A stretch of DNA of 64,000 nucleotides from Chlamydiota bacterium (GCA_048498835.1 JBEHXF010000001.1:32001-96000); one strand, 5' to 3'; positions 17,063 through 31,679 are shown, numbered from the stretch's first letter. Notes: a model not told the origin generated them from the letters alone. Translations and numbers: made by a program.

Positions 17063-18619
17063 TTACTCTAAAATAGAGTTGCGATCTACCTTTTCAAGCC
17101 AAAGGAGAGCCAAATCGTCTTGCTGAGGAGCTTCTTGGCTAAATTTCCGAATTGCATCGAGGAGTTGATTCACCGACGCACTGGGAGAACCGGTTTTCAC
17201 CTTTAAAAATGACTCTTTTAACCGCTCCATTCCATACAGTCTCTGATCGGCGTCATGCGCTTCGGTCACTCCATCGGTATAGAGAAGAATCACATCCCCC
17301 GGTTCCAGAAGAACAGAGCCTGTTTTAATCGGCCGGAAAGTCTCCAACCCAAAAGCCGGATGGCCTGTGCTTAACTCAACCAGCTCGTGCCCTCTTTTTA
17401 AAAGAGCTGGCGGATGGCCAAAACTCGCGTAAGCTAACTGCCGTCCATCATAGATGCCGAGCCAAAGGGTCGCAAAATATCCGCTCTCCTTGACATCGAG
17501 CAAAAACAACTCGTTTGCCTGACGTGCCAACTGACTCAAATCATGAGTCGCTTCTGCCAAAGAGCGAAGCGAACTCCTCAATCCCAAAGAAAAAAGGCAG
17601 GCCGAAATCCCTTTTCCCGAAACATCTCCCATCGCAATCAAAACCTTTCCCGATGAGAGGGGATGCACATCATAAAAATCGCCGCTCACCTCTTTTGCGG
17701 GAAGATAGCCCGGCGCCATCTTCAAACCGTGAGTAGAAGCGAGCTGCGTCGGCAAAAGACTCGCCTGAATTTCCTGTCCGATCTTTAACTCATAAGCTAA
17801 CTTTTCTCGCTCGATTTTCTCATGCTGCGCTTCTTTTTGATGGGCGAGAACTTGATCGAGTGTCGTATTGAACTCCTTCCCAATCCCATTGATCTCAAAA
17901 CCCCAAGCCATCGGCGTATAACGACTATGCACCGCCCCAGCTCCCACTCGCTCCATCGTCAAACGCAAGCTCACGAGCGGTCGGTTCAATTTCCGGATCA
18001 ACCAATAGAGAATTGCCCCTCCGAAAATAAACACAATCGCAAGAAACGAACCGATGCGAAATAGCAACCGCGACCATTGCAAATCACCAATCCGCTCGGC
18101 CGAAGTACCCGCCGTCAAAACAAGTCCCGGTACAATCGGAAACGATTCGGTCCACTGATCATTTCCCGCTAACCCATTGCCCAAACTTAAATCGATGGGG
18201 AAGGGGCTCTGCTGCAAAACAAGCAAATCTTTCAGCGGGTGAGCGATAACATGTCCTGTGCCAGGCCCCGTCTTTTTCCCCACTAAAAGAGCCTTTTGCT
18301 TCTCGCTGACCAGGACAAAATGGTCGCCCATTTCTTTTGAAAACAGGAGCTTTTGGATCTGAAAGGCTTTGATCAGAGCCGGCGTTTCGGCATCCAAAAT
18401 TTTCCAATCATAGACGATTCGCTGTCCGATTTGCTCCGCCAGCGTCGCCCCCATCCCACGCATCGCAGAGCGAATGTCACCCTCTTCGAGTTCAATCTCA
18501 CGGTCATAGAGTAAAAAAGTGTGGATCAAAAGAGGTAAAACAAGCACGCTCAGGCAAACGAGTAAGACCCGTCTGACCAGGCTTCCTGAGAGGGTGATCT
18601 TTTTTTCTAATTTAGGCAT
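17063..18619 (-). CDS. rsbU: Membrane PP2C/SpoIIE-family phosphatase with HAMP domain (RsbU-like)
   Basis: Two TM helices, HAMP domain, ELKIGQEIQ, VSGDFYD, GDVSGKG, LYTDGVTEA and DDL. Confidence 0.85.
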   Translation of the reverse strand: MPKLEKKITLSGSLVRRVLLVCLSVLVLPLLIHTFLLYDREIELEEGDIRSAMRGMGATLAEQIGQRIVYDWKILDAETPALIKAFQIQKLLFSKEMGDHFVLVSEKQKALLVGKKTGPGTGHVIAHPLKDLLVLQQSPFPIDLSLGNGLAGNDQWTESFPIVPGLVLTAGTSAERIGDLQWSRLLFRIGSFLAIVFIFGGAILYWLIRKLNRPLVSLRLTMERVGAGAVHSRYTPMAWGFEINGIGKEFNTTLDQVLAHQKEAQHEKIEREKLAYELKIGQEIQASLLPTQLASTHGLKMAPGYLPAKEVSGDFYDVHPLSSGKVLIAMGDVSGKGISACLFSLGLRSSLRSLAEATHDLSQLARQANELFLLDVKESGYFATLWLGIYDGRQLAYASFGHPPALLKRGHELVELSTGHPAFGLETFRPIKTGSVLLEPGDVILLYTDGVTEAHDADQRLYGMERLKESFLKVKTGSPSASVNQLLDAIRKFSQEAPQQDDLALLWLEKVDRNSILE

Positions 18620-18628
18620 ACTAGTTGC

Positions 18629-19350
18629 ATGGTAGCAAAGATCGAGAGTTTACAACATCCTAAAGTCAAAGAATTAGTTCAACTGCGAACCGATAAAGAG
18701 ACGCGCCAGCAGACCCAATCGGTCCTCCTGATCGGAGAAAAAATGGTCCGTGAACTCGCTCAAAAAATCCCTCTTCGCTCTCTTTGGACCACCCAGCCTG
18801 CACCCGACATCAAAGCCCAAGAGCGCTATCTCGTATCCGATGCCATTCTCCAAAAAATAGCCGGACTACCGACTACAGACGGATTTGCCGCCGTCGCCCC
18901 TCTCCCCCCGGAGCGCGATATTACCCAGGCAAAACGACTTCTCATCCTCGACCGTCTCGCCGATCCCGGCAACTTAGGGACTCTTCTTCGGACCGCCCTC
19001 GCCCTCAATTGGGATGGCGTCGTTTTCACACCCGATACCGTCGACCCATTCAATGACAAAGCTCTCCGCGCATCGAAGGGAGCTCTCTTTTTTCTCCCCT
19101 ACAGACACCTCGATCCGAAAGAGCTCGCCTCACAAAAACGCCGCTTCTATGTCGCTGATCTCGATGGAACCGCTCTGCATCAAGCCACATGCCAAACACC
19201 ACTTGCTCTCATTTTGAGCAATGAAGGTTCAGGACCTGCTCCCTGGGCCGAAAAATGCGCGCAGAAAATTGCGATCCCCATGCACAATGGCGTTGAATCC
19301 CTAAACGTGGCCGCCTCAGGCGCCATCTTAATCTATGCAATGAGCCTTCC

Positions 19351-19354
<4 letters not shown>
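18629..19354 (+). CDS. TrmH/SpoU family RNA methyltransferase
   Basis: SPOUT motifs DPGNLGTLLRTA, NEGSG and IPM..VESLNVAASGAI. Confidence 0.92.
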
Positions 19355-21700
<2,346 letters not shown>

Positions 21701-21753
21701 AATAATGCCTTAATCGCTGTAACAAAAAATTACAGCGAAATAAGGAGCTCTCG

Positions 21754-22938
21754 ATGGATATCTGGCTTTTAGGTGCATTTTGGTTTTTATTGGCGCTTGT
21801 AGCCGATTTCCTCTCCATTCGACTCAAAATAGCCGTGGCCCTTTCAGAAATTCTCATCGGCCTTCTCGTCGCATTTCTCATTGGGCTTTGGCTTCCACAA
21901 TACGCTAACTTTGGCTCTAACATCCCTTGGATTGAATTTCTCGCAGGCGTCGGCGCCGTCCTCCTCACTTTCTTGGCGGGAGCCGAACTTGACCCAGAAG
22001 CGATCAGAGGTCGCGTAAAAGAAGTTCTTTTCATTGGACTTGTTGGATTTTTTGCTCCATTTCTCGGCTGTACAGCTATCGCCTATTATCTCCTCGGCTG
22101 GAGTCTGATGGCAAGCTGGCTTACAGGCGTGGCCCTTTCAACTACTTCTGTAGCCGTCGTCTACGCTGTAATGCTGGAACTTGGATTTAATAAAACACGC
22201 TTTGGCAAAGCCGTGCTTGCAGCCTGCTTTGTGAACGATCTGGCTACAGTCTTAGCTCTTGGCTTCATCTTTTCGCCCTTTACGTGGAAATCAATCGTTT
22301 TTATCGTTGCGGCAACCATTGTCCTAGTCATCTTGCCAAAACTCACCAAATTTACCTTTAAACGTTGGGGACACCGCCACTCAGAACAAGAAGCTAAATA
22401 CCTATTCTTTTTCCTCTTTGGACTCGGCTATCTCGCATTCTGGTCTGGCAGTGAACCTGTTCTCCCTGCCTATTTAATGGGTATGGTGGTCGCCTCGATC
22501 TTGGAAAAAGACCATGTTCTCGTGAAAAGACTCCGGGCTATTTCCTTCGGTCTTCTTACCCCGTTTTATTTCTTGCGAGCCGGCGCCTTTGTTTCAATTC
22601 CAGCGATTGCCAAAGCGCCTCTGCTTTTCGTCGCCCTCTTTTTAGCTAAAATGGTTACAAAAGCCCTCGGCGTCTATCCCGCGGCAAAACTCTCAAAATA
22701 TCCGCAAAAAGATGCCATTTACACAACTCTACTCATGTCGACAGGCCTCACCTTCGGGACCATCTCCTCTCTTTATGGCCTATCTCATCACATCATCAAT
22801 CAAAGCCAATACTCAATCATCGTTGCCACCGTCATAGCAAGCGCCATCATTCCCACCCTGATTGCGAATGCCTTTTTCTTACCCAAAAACCATCTCGAGC
22901 CTCACGGAAAAGAATTACCCGATCTCCCGTTGAAATAA
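21754..22938 (+). CDS. Cation:proton antiporter (CPA2/Kef-like membrane domain)
   Basis: About 12 TM segments; FLAGAELD, LSTTSVAVV and FVNDL motifs. Confidence 0.85.
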   Translation: MDIWLLGAFWFLLALVADFLSIRLKIAVALSEILIGLLVAFLIGLWLPQYANFGSNIPWIEFLAGVGAVLLTFLAGAELDPEAIRGRVKEVLFIGLVGFFAPFLGCTAIAYYLLGWSLMASWLTGVALSTTSVAVVYAVMLELGFNKTRFGKAVLAACFVNDLATVLALGFIFSPFTWKSIVFIVAATIVLVILPKLTKFTFKRWGHRHSEQEAKYLFFFLFGLGYLAFWSGSEPVLPAYLMGMVVASILEKDHVLVKRLRAISFGLLTPFYFLRAGAFVSIPAIAKAPLLFVALFLAKMVTKALGVYPAAKLSKYPQKDAIYTTLLMSTGLTFGTISSLYGLSHHIINQSQYSIIVATVIASAIIPTLIANAFFLPKNHLEPHGKELPDLPLK

Positions 22939-22994
22939 TCGGGAGTTGCAATAAAACTAAAGAGCCCCTTATGTGGAGAGAACAGGGGTGGATT

Positions 22995-23381
22995 ATGCGA
23001 CATGTTGTAGCTTTATTTGGCGAAGCGGAGAAAGGTCAATTTAAAATCGCGCATCATCTTAGAGATCTACCGCAGATGATCGATCTGCTCGGGAATCCAC
23101 CGCCAGAGAGCGAAGGACTCTATTTCGCGATTCAAGCTCTTCTCTTCCAACGAGAAATCATTTACTTCCGAGTTGAAGAAGAGGGGTACAGCCCCATTGA
23201 TTATTTCAATGGAATCCAATTTTTAGAAGATCGGGAAAAAGTGAATCAACTCCATGCGATCTGTCTACCCGGAGTGGGGGATGGAAAAATCTTAGATGCG
23301 ACAGAAAAACTCTGCCACATCCACAAAAGCCTTCTAATCACAACGCAGAAAGATCTCTACGATTACCTGACTAATTCTTAG
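22995..23381 (+). CDS. Hypothetical protein (probably conserved in chlamydiae)
   Basis: ORF containing VALFGEAEKG and ICLPGVGD. ATG 22995 preferred because a G-rich SD precedes it. Confidence 0.65.
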   Translation: MRHVVALFGEAEKGQFKIAHHLRDLPQMIDLLGNPPPESEGLYFAIQALLFQREIIYFRVEEEGYSPIDYFNGIQFLEDREKVNQLHAICLPGVGDGKILDATEKLCHIHKSLLITTQKDLYDYLTNS

Positions 23382-23385
23382 AGAT

Positions 23386-23420
23386 AGAAAATATCAGCGT
23401 CTCTGCGCTGATATTTTTCT
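23386..23420. terminator. Bidirectional intrinsic terminator
   Basis: Inverted repeat AAAATATCAGCG-tctctg-CGCTGATATTTT between convergent genes. Confidence 0.8.
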
Positions 23421-23441
23421 CGTTTATCCTCTGTATCGAAC

Positions 23442-24020
23442 CTAACGGAAAAACTCGGCCAATCCCTCTTCGGTCGGCTTCATAGCGCGGGCACCTACCG
23501 TCCAATTTGCAGGGCACACTTCGCCATGGGCTTCATGGAAAACCAGCGCATCGATCAAGCGGAGCACTTCATCGACAGAGCGGCCGAGCGGTAAATCATT
23601 GACCAGCTGATGTCTTACAATTCCTTCACGATCGATCAAAAATAAACCCCGATAGGCAATTCCATCATCTTCTTTCAACACTTCATAATCGCGTGCAATC
23701 GTCTTATGAATGTCGGATACAATCGGATAAGTCACACCCTGAATGCCACCTGCGACTTTCGGCGTTTTCAACCAAGCGGCGTGAGAAAACCAGCTATCGA
23801 TCGAGCAGCCAATGACCTGTGCATTTCTCTTCTCAAATTCTTTGAGTTTCTCTTGAAACGCATGCAATTCAGTCGGGCAGACAAACGTGAAATCCAACGG
23901 ATAGAAGAAAAAGACAACGTATTTACCCAAATAATCTGAAAGAGAAAAGTCGTCGTAGATTTTATCTTTGATGACTGCTTTCGCTTTAAAATCAGGAGCT
24001 TTTTGTCCAACTAATGTCAT
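23442..24020 (-). CDS. ahpC: 2-Cys peroxiredoxin AhpC
   Basis: Motifs FYPLDFTFVCPTE and GEVCPANW. Confidence 0.96.
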   Translation of the reverse strand: MTLVGQKAPDFKAKAVIKDKIYDDFSLSDYLGKYVVFFFYPLDFTFVCPTELHAFQEKLKEFEKRNAQVIGCSIDSWFSHAAWLKTPKVAGGIQGVTYPIVSDIHKTIARDYEVLKEDDGIAYRGLFLIDREGIVRHQLVNDLPLGRSVDEVLRLIDALVFHEAHGEVCPANWTVGARAMKPTEEGLAEFFR

Positions 24021-24023
24021 AGG

Positions 24024-24659
24024 TTAATCCTTAAAAATTTGTTCCGCTCGATCTAGCCACGATTCTTCTTCCAGCGTTGTATCTCCGCCATGGCCAGGGA
24101 TTACTTCTGTCGCCTCAGGCAATAAAGCTAATTTCTTCAGAGATACCCACATTTTCTCCGGTTCAGATGTCGGCAGTTGTAGGCTTCCAATTGTCCCTTG
24201 AAATAACGTATCGCCAGAAAACAATACGTTTTCCGCAGCAATATAAAAACAAACGCTGCCAGGAGAATGCCCCGGCGTGTGAATTACGTCTATCTGTAAA
24301 TTTCCCACCTGAATTGATTGCCCCTCTTCCAAGAAACCATCTGGCTTTACACCTTGGATCGGAAACACCATGGGGATGCCATCACTTCCTGGATGCTCCA
24401 AATTACCCACATCTAGCGAATGCACAAAAACAGGAACCCCCGTCTTTTCTTGCAGCGAATAAATATCGGCGATATGGTCCCAATGGCTATGGGTGAGCAA
24501 AATCATCTCTAACTGAAGCCCTTTTTCCGCGACGACCGTTAAAATATCGTCGGTCGACCCGTATGCAGGATCGATCACAGCAGCTTTTTTCGTGCTAGAG
24601 CAGCCAAAAAGTATGGCGTTTGTTTCTAATGGTCCCGAAGGAAATTTCTGAATGATCAT
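24024..24659 (-). CDS. Metallo-beta-lactamase-fold hydrolase (glyoxalase II-like)
   Basis: Motifs THSHWDH, HTPGHSPG, FSGDTLF and PGHG. Start moved to ATG 24659 because the longer ORF runs through the tRNA. Confidence 0.9.
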   Translation of the reverse strand: MIIQKFPSGPLETNAILFGCSSTKKAAVIDPAYGSTDDILTVVAEKGLQLEMILLTHSHWDHIADIYSLQEKTGVPVFVHSLDVGNLEHPGSDGIPMVFPIQGVKPDGFLEEGQSIQVGNLQIDVIHTPGHSPGSVCFYIAAENVLFSGDTLFQGTIGSLQLPTSEPEKMWVSLKKLALLPEATEVIPGHGGDTTLEEESWLDRAEQIFKD

Positions 24660-24672
24660 AAGATATAAGATT

Positions 24673-24746
24673 TGCACTGGAGAGGACTTGAACCTCTGAC
24701 CCCCTGGTTCGTAGCCAGGTACTCTATCCAACTGAGCTACCAGTGC
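24673..24746 (-). tRNA. tRNA-Arg (anticodon ACG), CCA end not encoded
   Basis: GCACTGG/CCAGTGC acceptor stem, TAGCTCAGTTGGATAGAG D-arm, CCTGG-CTACGAA-CCAGG anticodon arm, AGAGG-TTCAAGT-CCTCT T-arm. Confidence 0.97.
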
Positions 24747-24826
24747 ATATTAGGTCTCTATCATCTCCTAAAAGAACCCTTAAAATCAAGTCCCTCTTGG
24801 AAACTCAGCCTAAAATAAACATTTAC

Positions 24827-25738
24827 CTACTTTCGAATGAGATTTGAAACCCACTCAGCCAACAAACTTTTTTTAAACTTCAACCGATCCAATAAATCTT
24901 TTTGCGTCAGGCGAATGACATGAGGATCCTTTGTCTGCTCTTTCGGAATAAAACTGATCTCAAAGGAAGGATTCACAGTCTTATACTTATACCCATGGAC
25001 AAAATCAGTTCCTCTAAACGGAGCAGAAAATTCCTTCTCAACAAGTTCTACCCAATTTCGATCATTTTTATGGCTCCAAGATTGGACCTTTTTCATCATC
25101 TCATCTTTCGTCCGGACCCAACTAAAGTGATGAAACATCGGCTGACCATCGGACGCGCACACATTTCTCCTCTTCGGGCCAGGAAGCAAGTCGTAAATGG
25201 CATCCCGCTCTTCTTGTCTTAAAATGAGATCGGGACTCAAAGCCTTTACCTGCGCTAAAACAATGGTATCTTCCCACTTTTCCGCCTGATAAATCGGCTC
25301 TCGGAAATACCAATAATTGGCCAATTTTAACACCGTGTGAAGCTGATAATCGCTCGCTTCCAACCACTCGCTAAAACGGGCTCCATCGGCCACCTCATCG
25401 GCATCTAAAAATAATACCGACTCAATGCCCTCGCCAACATAATGGGAACCAATCAACCGTGAGCAGCTATGCCAGAAATGAGCCGGCGAAACTTCTTTAA
25501 AAATTCTCCGTGGAATTTCAGCTGGAATAAAAGGATATTCTACGAATAAGCATTGTGGATAAGCCCGATAAACCTGTTCCAACAACTCCCGATTTTCAGG
25601 CGTCCCATCAAAAAAATGGTCGCACACCGGCACAATTACCTGCTTAGAAAACGATAAGGCCTGCTGAAGACAGGAGCCTATGAACCGAATCTCATTTGAA
25701 CAAAAGTTTACTATGGTCGCTATCGGTTGTTTTTGCAT
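24827..25738 (-). CDS. Putative GT-A fold glycosyltransferase (GT2-like)
   Basis: NE..FI..CL N-terminal pattern, LFLDADE (DxD) and HHFSWVR..KKVQSWSH. Confidence 0.65.
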   Translation of the reverse strand: MQKQPIATIVNFCSNEIRFIGSCLQQALSFSKQVIVPVCDHFFDGTPENRELLEQVYRAYPQCLFVEYPFIPAEIPRRIFKEVSPAHFWHSCSRLIGSHYVGEGIESVLFLDADEVADGARFSEWLEASDYQLHTVLKLANYWYFREPIYQAEKWEDTIVLAQVKALSPDLILRQEERDAIYDLLPGPKRRNVCASDGQPMFHHFSWVRTKDEMMKKVQSWSHKNDRNWVELVEKEFSAPFRGTDFVHGYKYKTVNPSFEISFIPKEQTKDPHVIRLTQKDLLDRLKFKKSLLAEWVSNLIRK

Positions 25739-25902
25739 AACCTCAGTCGATTTTTTATACCTAATCTTTTGTTATATCATAACCTCATGAAAATTGTCAT
25801 TTTAGACTCCAGACAAAATAAAATATTTCCCATTCTCTAAGAAAAACCGCAAAACTGCTATGCTCTCAGAGAAAGAGGGCGCAATGAAAATTGTCATTTT
25901 AG
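25736..25902. repeat. Two direct repeats duplicating the start regions of the flanking divergent genes
   Basis: CATAACCTCA at 25736-25745 and 25778-25787; ATGAAAATTGTCATTTTAG at 25787-25805 and 25884-25902. Confidence 0.85.
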
Positions 25903-27239
25903 GAGCAGGCGAAACAGGATCTTATGCCGCCTCCGTCCTTTCTCAAGACGAACACGACGTTACCCTTCTCGACCGCGATCCCAAAGTACTCGAACAAGCA
26001 AGCCGTGAAATCGACGTAGAAACCATCCTCTCGGGTCCCAGCTGGCGCCTACTTACAACCCTCATGGAACGAAAACCCGACCTCTTCTTTGCAGCCACCG
26101 GCTGTGATGAAACGAATTTAGCCGCCTGCGCTCTGGCTAAAAATCTCGGATTTCCCAAAACGGTGGCCCGCATCAAATCCCGAGAATATCTCCAGTGCCC
26201 AAAACTCGATTTAGCCCGTCTTTTCTATGTCGATCATTTCATCGGCGCAGAAATGCTCTCCGCCCAAAATTTATTCAATATCCTTATCCACTCGAGTGAC
26301 ATCGCATTTGAACACTTTGCGCAAGGGGCCATCCTCATGCGCACCATTCAAATTCCCGATCTGTGGGACAAAGGCGGCCAGCCCATCCGCTCGCTCAACT
26401 TACCGGAAGGGCTTATCGCCTGTCTGATACGCAGAAAACTCGCAGATGGGGAACAAATCCTCATCCCACACGGCAACGATCATATTCTCCCCGGTGATGA
26501 AGCGACTCTTGTGGGCGAGGCAAAAATCATGGATTCTCTCCATGACCTCTTTAGCATTCCGGAACGAAAGCTTCGCTCGGTCGTCCTCGTTGGAGGCTCT
26601 TCTCCAGCTCTTCACCTCTCCCACTTCCTCATCCAACAAAAAGTCTCCATTCGCATCATTGAAAAAGATGCCGCCCGCTGTCATGAACTCGCCGACCTTC
26701 TTCCACAAGCGACCATCATCCATCGCGATGGACGGGATCCGCAAATTTTCATCGAAGAAGAAATCGAAAATGCCGATGCCATCGTAGCTTGCACCAATGA
26801 TGACGGGACCAACCTCCTCATCGCTTCTATGGGAAAGCATCAAGGATGCCCGAAAGCGATCGCCGTCGCTAATAACCCCGCTTTCACTCCTCTCATTGAA
26901 AAATCGGGTATTTTCCCTGCGATGTCAGCCCGCGTAAATGTCGCCAATCGACTCCTCTCCATCCTGCATGAAAAAACTGTCCTTTCCATTTCCTCTCTTT
27001 CCAATGACGCAGCGAAAATCGTTGAACTCAAAGTAAGCCCTGCTTCTAAACTGATCGGAATTCCACTTTCTAATCTCAGTGAACAATTTCCAAAAGATCT
27101 CCTCATCGCAGTGATCGCAAATCATGGACAAGTCATGGTTGGCCGCGGCCACAGCATTCTCTGTCCCGATGACACCGTGGTCGCGATTTGCAGCCCACAT
27201 GGGATCGAACCGCTACAAAGTCTCTTTTCTTCAAAATAA
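25884..27239 (+). CDS. trkA: Trk potassium uptake system NAD-binding subunit
   Basis: MKIVILGAG RCK-N domain, tandem RCK_N/RCK_C architecture, DETNL and DDGTNLL; adjacent to trkH. Confidence 0.93.
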   Translation: MKIVILGAGETGSYAASVLSQDEHDVTLLDRDPKVLEQASREIDVETILSGPSWRLLTTLMERKPDLFFAATGCDETNLAACALAKNLGFPKTVARIKSREYLQCPKLDLARLFYVDHFIGAEMLSAQNLFNILIHSSDIAFEHFAQGAILMRTIQIPDLWDKGGQPIRSLNLPEGLIACLIRRKLADGEQILIPHGNDHILPGDEATLVGEAKIMDSLHDLFSIPERKLRSVVLVGGSSPALHLSHFLIQQKVSIRIIEKDAARCHELADLLPQATIIHRDGRDPQIFIEEEIENADAIVACTNDDGTNLLIASMGKHQGCPKAIAVANNPAFTPLIEKSGIFPAMSARVNVANRLLSILHEKTVLSISSLSNDAAKIVELKVSPASKLIGIPLSNLSEQFPKDLLIAVIANHGQVMVGRGHSILCPDDTVVAICSPHGIEPLQSLFSSK

Positions 27240-27262
27240 ACGAATGGGTATGATCCCTATTC

Positions 27263-28906
27263 ATGCGCCCAACCGTTGAAATCTCTCGCATTCTATCCAA
27301 GTATCTCTTCTACTTGGCTATTCTGCTTGCGATTCCATTTCTCCTTGCAGCCTATTATCAATTTGGCGCGCCACAAACTCACCCTCAACCTCACTCCACT
27401 CTCTCGTTTGCTTTTACTCTTCTCATTTGCCTCGCCGTAGCAACTATTCTCCGTCTTATTGGCCGCAAAGCGAGCGGTCAGCTCCACAGACGAGAAGGGA
27501 TTATGCTCGTCGTATCGATCTGGCTCGTCACCTCTCTCATCAGCGCACTTCCCTTTTCTTTTAGCCGCACCTTGACCAACCCTCTTCACGCCTATTTCGA
27601 AGCCATGTCGGGATTGACAACCACCGGCGCTACCATGATCTGCGCGAAGGCCTATGCGCCAAACGGCGACGAGATTCCGCTTCACATCACAAACTTTCAC
27701 GTGCCTGAAAAAACATATACCTTTTACGGCACAGTTCCACCAATCCGAGATCCAAACACCGGCCTCATCATCGCATCAGGCATTGAAGCAGTCAGCAAGC
27801 CGATTCTTCTTTGGCGCAGCTTACTCCAATGGGTAGGAGGCCTCGGAATTGTCGTCATCTTCCTCACCGTTTTACCTGCTCTCCAAGTGGGGGGCAAATT
27901 TCTCTATCAAGTTGAGACCAGCGGCCCCATTAAAGAGGGGATTAGCCCCCGGATCAAAGAAACGGCAGCAAAACTCTGGAAGCTCTATCTTTTTCTCACC
28001 ATTTTAGAAATTGCTCTCCTTATCTGGACCAATTTTGAAATGCCCATCTTCGACGCCGTCTGCATCTCTCTCAGCAATATTTCCACCGGCGGCTTTTCGG
28101 TCCGCAATGAGAGCATTGCAAGTTACCACTCGACTACCACACAATGGATTGTCTTTTTCTTCATGATCGCCGGCAGCATCAACTTCTCCCTCTATTTCCA
28201 AGCTTTCCGAAGAAAATTTCAAAAAATCTATGTGCCCGACTTTATCCTTTTTATCAGCGTGGCCATCATCGGCTGTCTGCTCGTATCCCTTTTCCTCGTC
28301 GGACAAAAGAAAGTCGACCTGGATGGGATCGGCGGATTCTATTCCATCGGCGAAGCTCTCAAAGAGGGGAGCTTTCAAGCCCTCTCTATGCAAACCTCTA
28401 CAGGCTTTGTGACCGCAAACTACGACCAATGGCCCTTTGCTGCCCAAATGTTTATGCTTCTTCTCATGTTTGTCGGCGGCATGTCTGGTTCTACCGCAGG
28501 TGGTATCAAAACCTCGCGCTTTTACATCCTCTATAAAATCATCCTGAGCCGCCTTGAATCCATTTACCGTCCAGATAGCGTCCGCACCCTACGCATTGGG
28601 ACATCTGAAGTAGACGATAAAAACGCACTTACCGTTCTCTCTTTTTTCTGCATCGTCGCTTTCTTTATCGTTCTCGGGACTGTCTCCCTTGTCCTCGACG
28701 GTGTCGATCCAGAAACCTCTCTCGGTCTCATCGCTTGCTTCCTTAATAACGTCGGAGCCGCTTTCCGAGCAGCTGGGCCTACCGATTCCTTTGCTTTTCT
28801 CTCTCCAACTTCTGAAACTCTCTCCATCGTCTGGATGCTCCTCGGCCGTCTCGAGTACTACGTCGTCCTTCTCCTCCTCCTCCCTTCCTTCTGGCGAAAT
28901 CGATAA
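27263..28906 (+). CDS. trkH: Trk potassium uptake membrane subunit
   Basis: Pore-loop motifs FEAMSGLTTTGAT, QWVGGLG, STGGFS, GGMSGSTAGGIK and MLLGRLE. Confidence 0.95.
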   Translation: MRPTVEISRILSKYLFYLAILLAIPFLLAAYYQFGAPQTHPQPHSTLSFAFTLLICLAVATILRLIGRKASGQLHRREGIMLVVSIWLVTSLISALPFSFSRTLTNPLHAYFEAMSGLTTTGATMICAKAYAPNGDEIPLHITNFHVPEKTYTFYGTVPPIRDPNTGLIIASGIEAVSKPILLWRSLLQWVGGLGIVVIFLTVLPALQVGGKFLYQVETSGPIKEGISPRIKETAAKLWKLYLFLTILEIALLIWTNFEMPIFDAVCISLSNISTGGFSVRNESIASYHSTTTQWIVFFFMIAGSINFSLYFQAFRRKFQKIYVPDFILFISVAIIGCLLVSLFLVGQKKVDLDGIGGFYSIGEALKEGSFQALSMQTSTGFVTANYDQWPFAAQMFMLLLMFVGGMSGSTAGGIKTSRFYILYKIILSRLESIYRPDSVRTLRIGTSEVDDKNALTVLSFFCIVAFFIVLGTVSLVLDGVDPETSLGLIACFLNNVGAAFRAAGPTDSFAFLSPTSETLSIVWMLLGRLEYYVVLLLLLPSFWRNR

Positions 28907-28911
28907 GAACT

Positions 28912-29691
28912 ATGATTTCCTACATTTTCAGACTCATTGACCCCAGTACCGTTGAAGAAGCTCAAGAAGAGCTAGAGAAATTGGGCCTTGAACATGTCTA
29001 CTGCATTGAAGATGACTCGCTGGGCGAAATATTCATCGGCGGGATGAGTGAATCAAACCTACCCATTGCAAAGCTAAAGCACTCTATTCTGTCAGAAGAA
29101 AAAATAGTACAACAGGTCGATTGGAATGATCAATGGGCTCAATTTGCCGAAGATTTCCGAGAAGGCAAAGCCCATATCGATCTGACCCGATTCGGGGGTG
29201 AAGGAGATCTATTACTTACTCCCGGCGCTGGTTTTGGAGATCTATCTCATCCCACCACCTACTTGATGCTCGATTTAATGCAAGGAAAGGTAGAAGGGGA
29301 ATCGGTCCTTGATATCGGTTGCGGCAGCGGCATTCTCACGCTCGCCGCACTCAAACTCGGCGCCAGAGAAGCACTCGGTATAGATATCGACGAAGAAGCG
29401 ATTCAACACGCGCAAGAAAACGGCGCTTTAAATAACTTACCGGCAAAATTTTCTAAAACCTTTGAGCTCTTAGGAAAACATCTGATCCTCTTGAACATGA
29501 TCCTCCCTGAACAAAAAGAGGTCATGAAGGATAGAAAGCGTCTCAATCTCCTTGCAAAACTGTGGATCGTATCGGGAATTTTGGAAGAGCAAGAAGTAGA
29601 GTATATGAAAACCACCCAAAACTGGGGCTGGCATCTTTTCGAAAGGAAAGAGAGAAACGGTTGGTTGGGCTTTGTATTTAAGGGGGCGTAA
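28912..29691 (+). CDS. prmA: Ribosomal protein L11 methyltransferase-like
   Basis: Motifs PGAGFGDLSHPTT, VLDIGCGSGIL, GIDID and VSGIL. Confidence 0.85.
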   Translation: MISYIFRLIDPSTVEEAQEELEKLGLEHVYCIEDDSLGEIFIGGMSESNLPIAKLKHSILSEEKIVQQVDWNDQWAQFAEDFREGKAHIDLTRFGGEGDLLLTPGAGFGDLSHPTTYLMLDLMQGKVEGESVLDIGCGSGILTLAALKLGAREALGIDIDEEAIQHAQENGALNNLPAKFSKTFELLGKHLILLNMILPEQKEVMKDRKRLNLLAKLWIVSGILEEQEVEYMKTTQNWGWHLFERKERNGWLGFVFKGA

Positions 29692-29699
29692 AGCCCCCT
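29681..29699. terminator. Hairpin between convergent prmA and groEL
   Basis: AGGGGGC-gtaaa-GCCCCCT stem-loop; U-tracts are weak on both strands. Confidence 0.55.
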
Positions 29700-29713
29700 C
29701 TTGTAAAGCGGAT

Positions 29714-31679
<1,966 letters not shown>

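Noticed and set aside
24660..24731. N-terminal extension of the MBL hydrolase
   Set aside because: It is a translation of the tRNA-Arg sequence.
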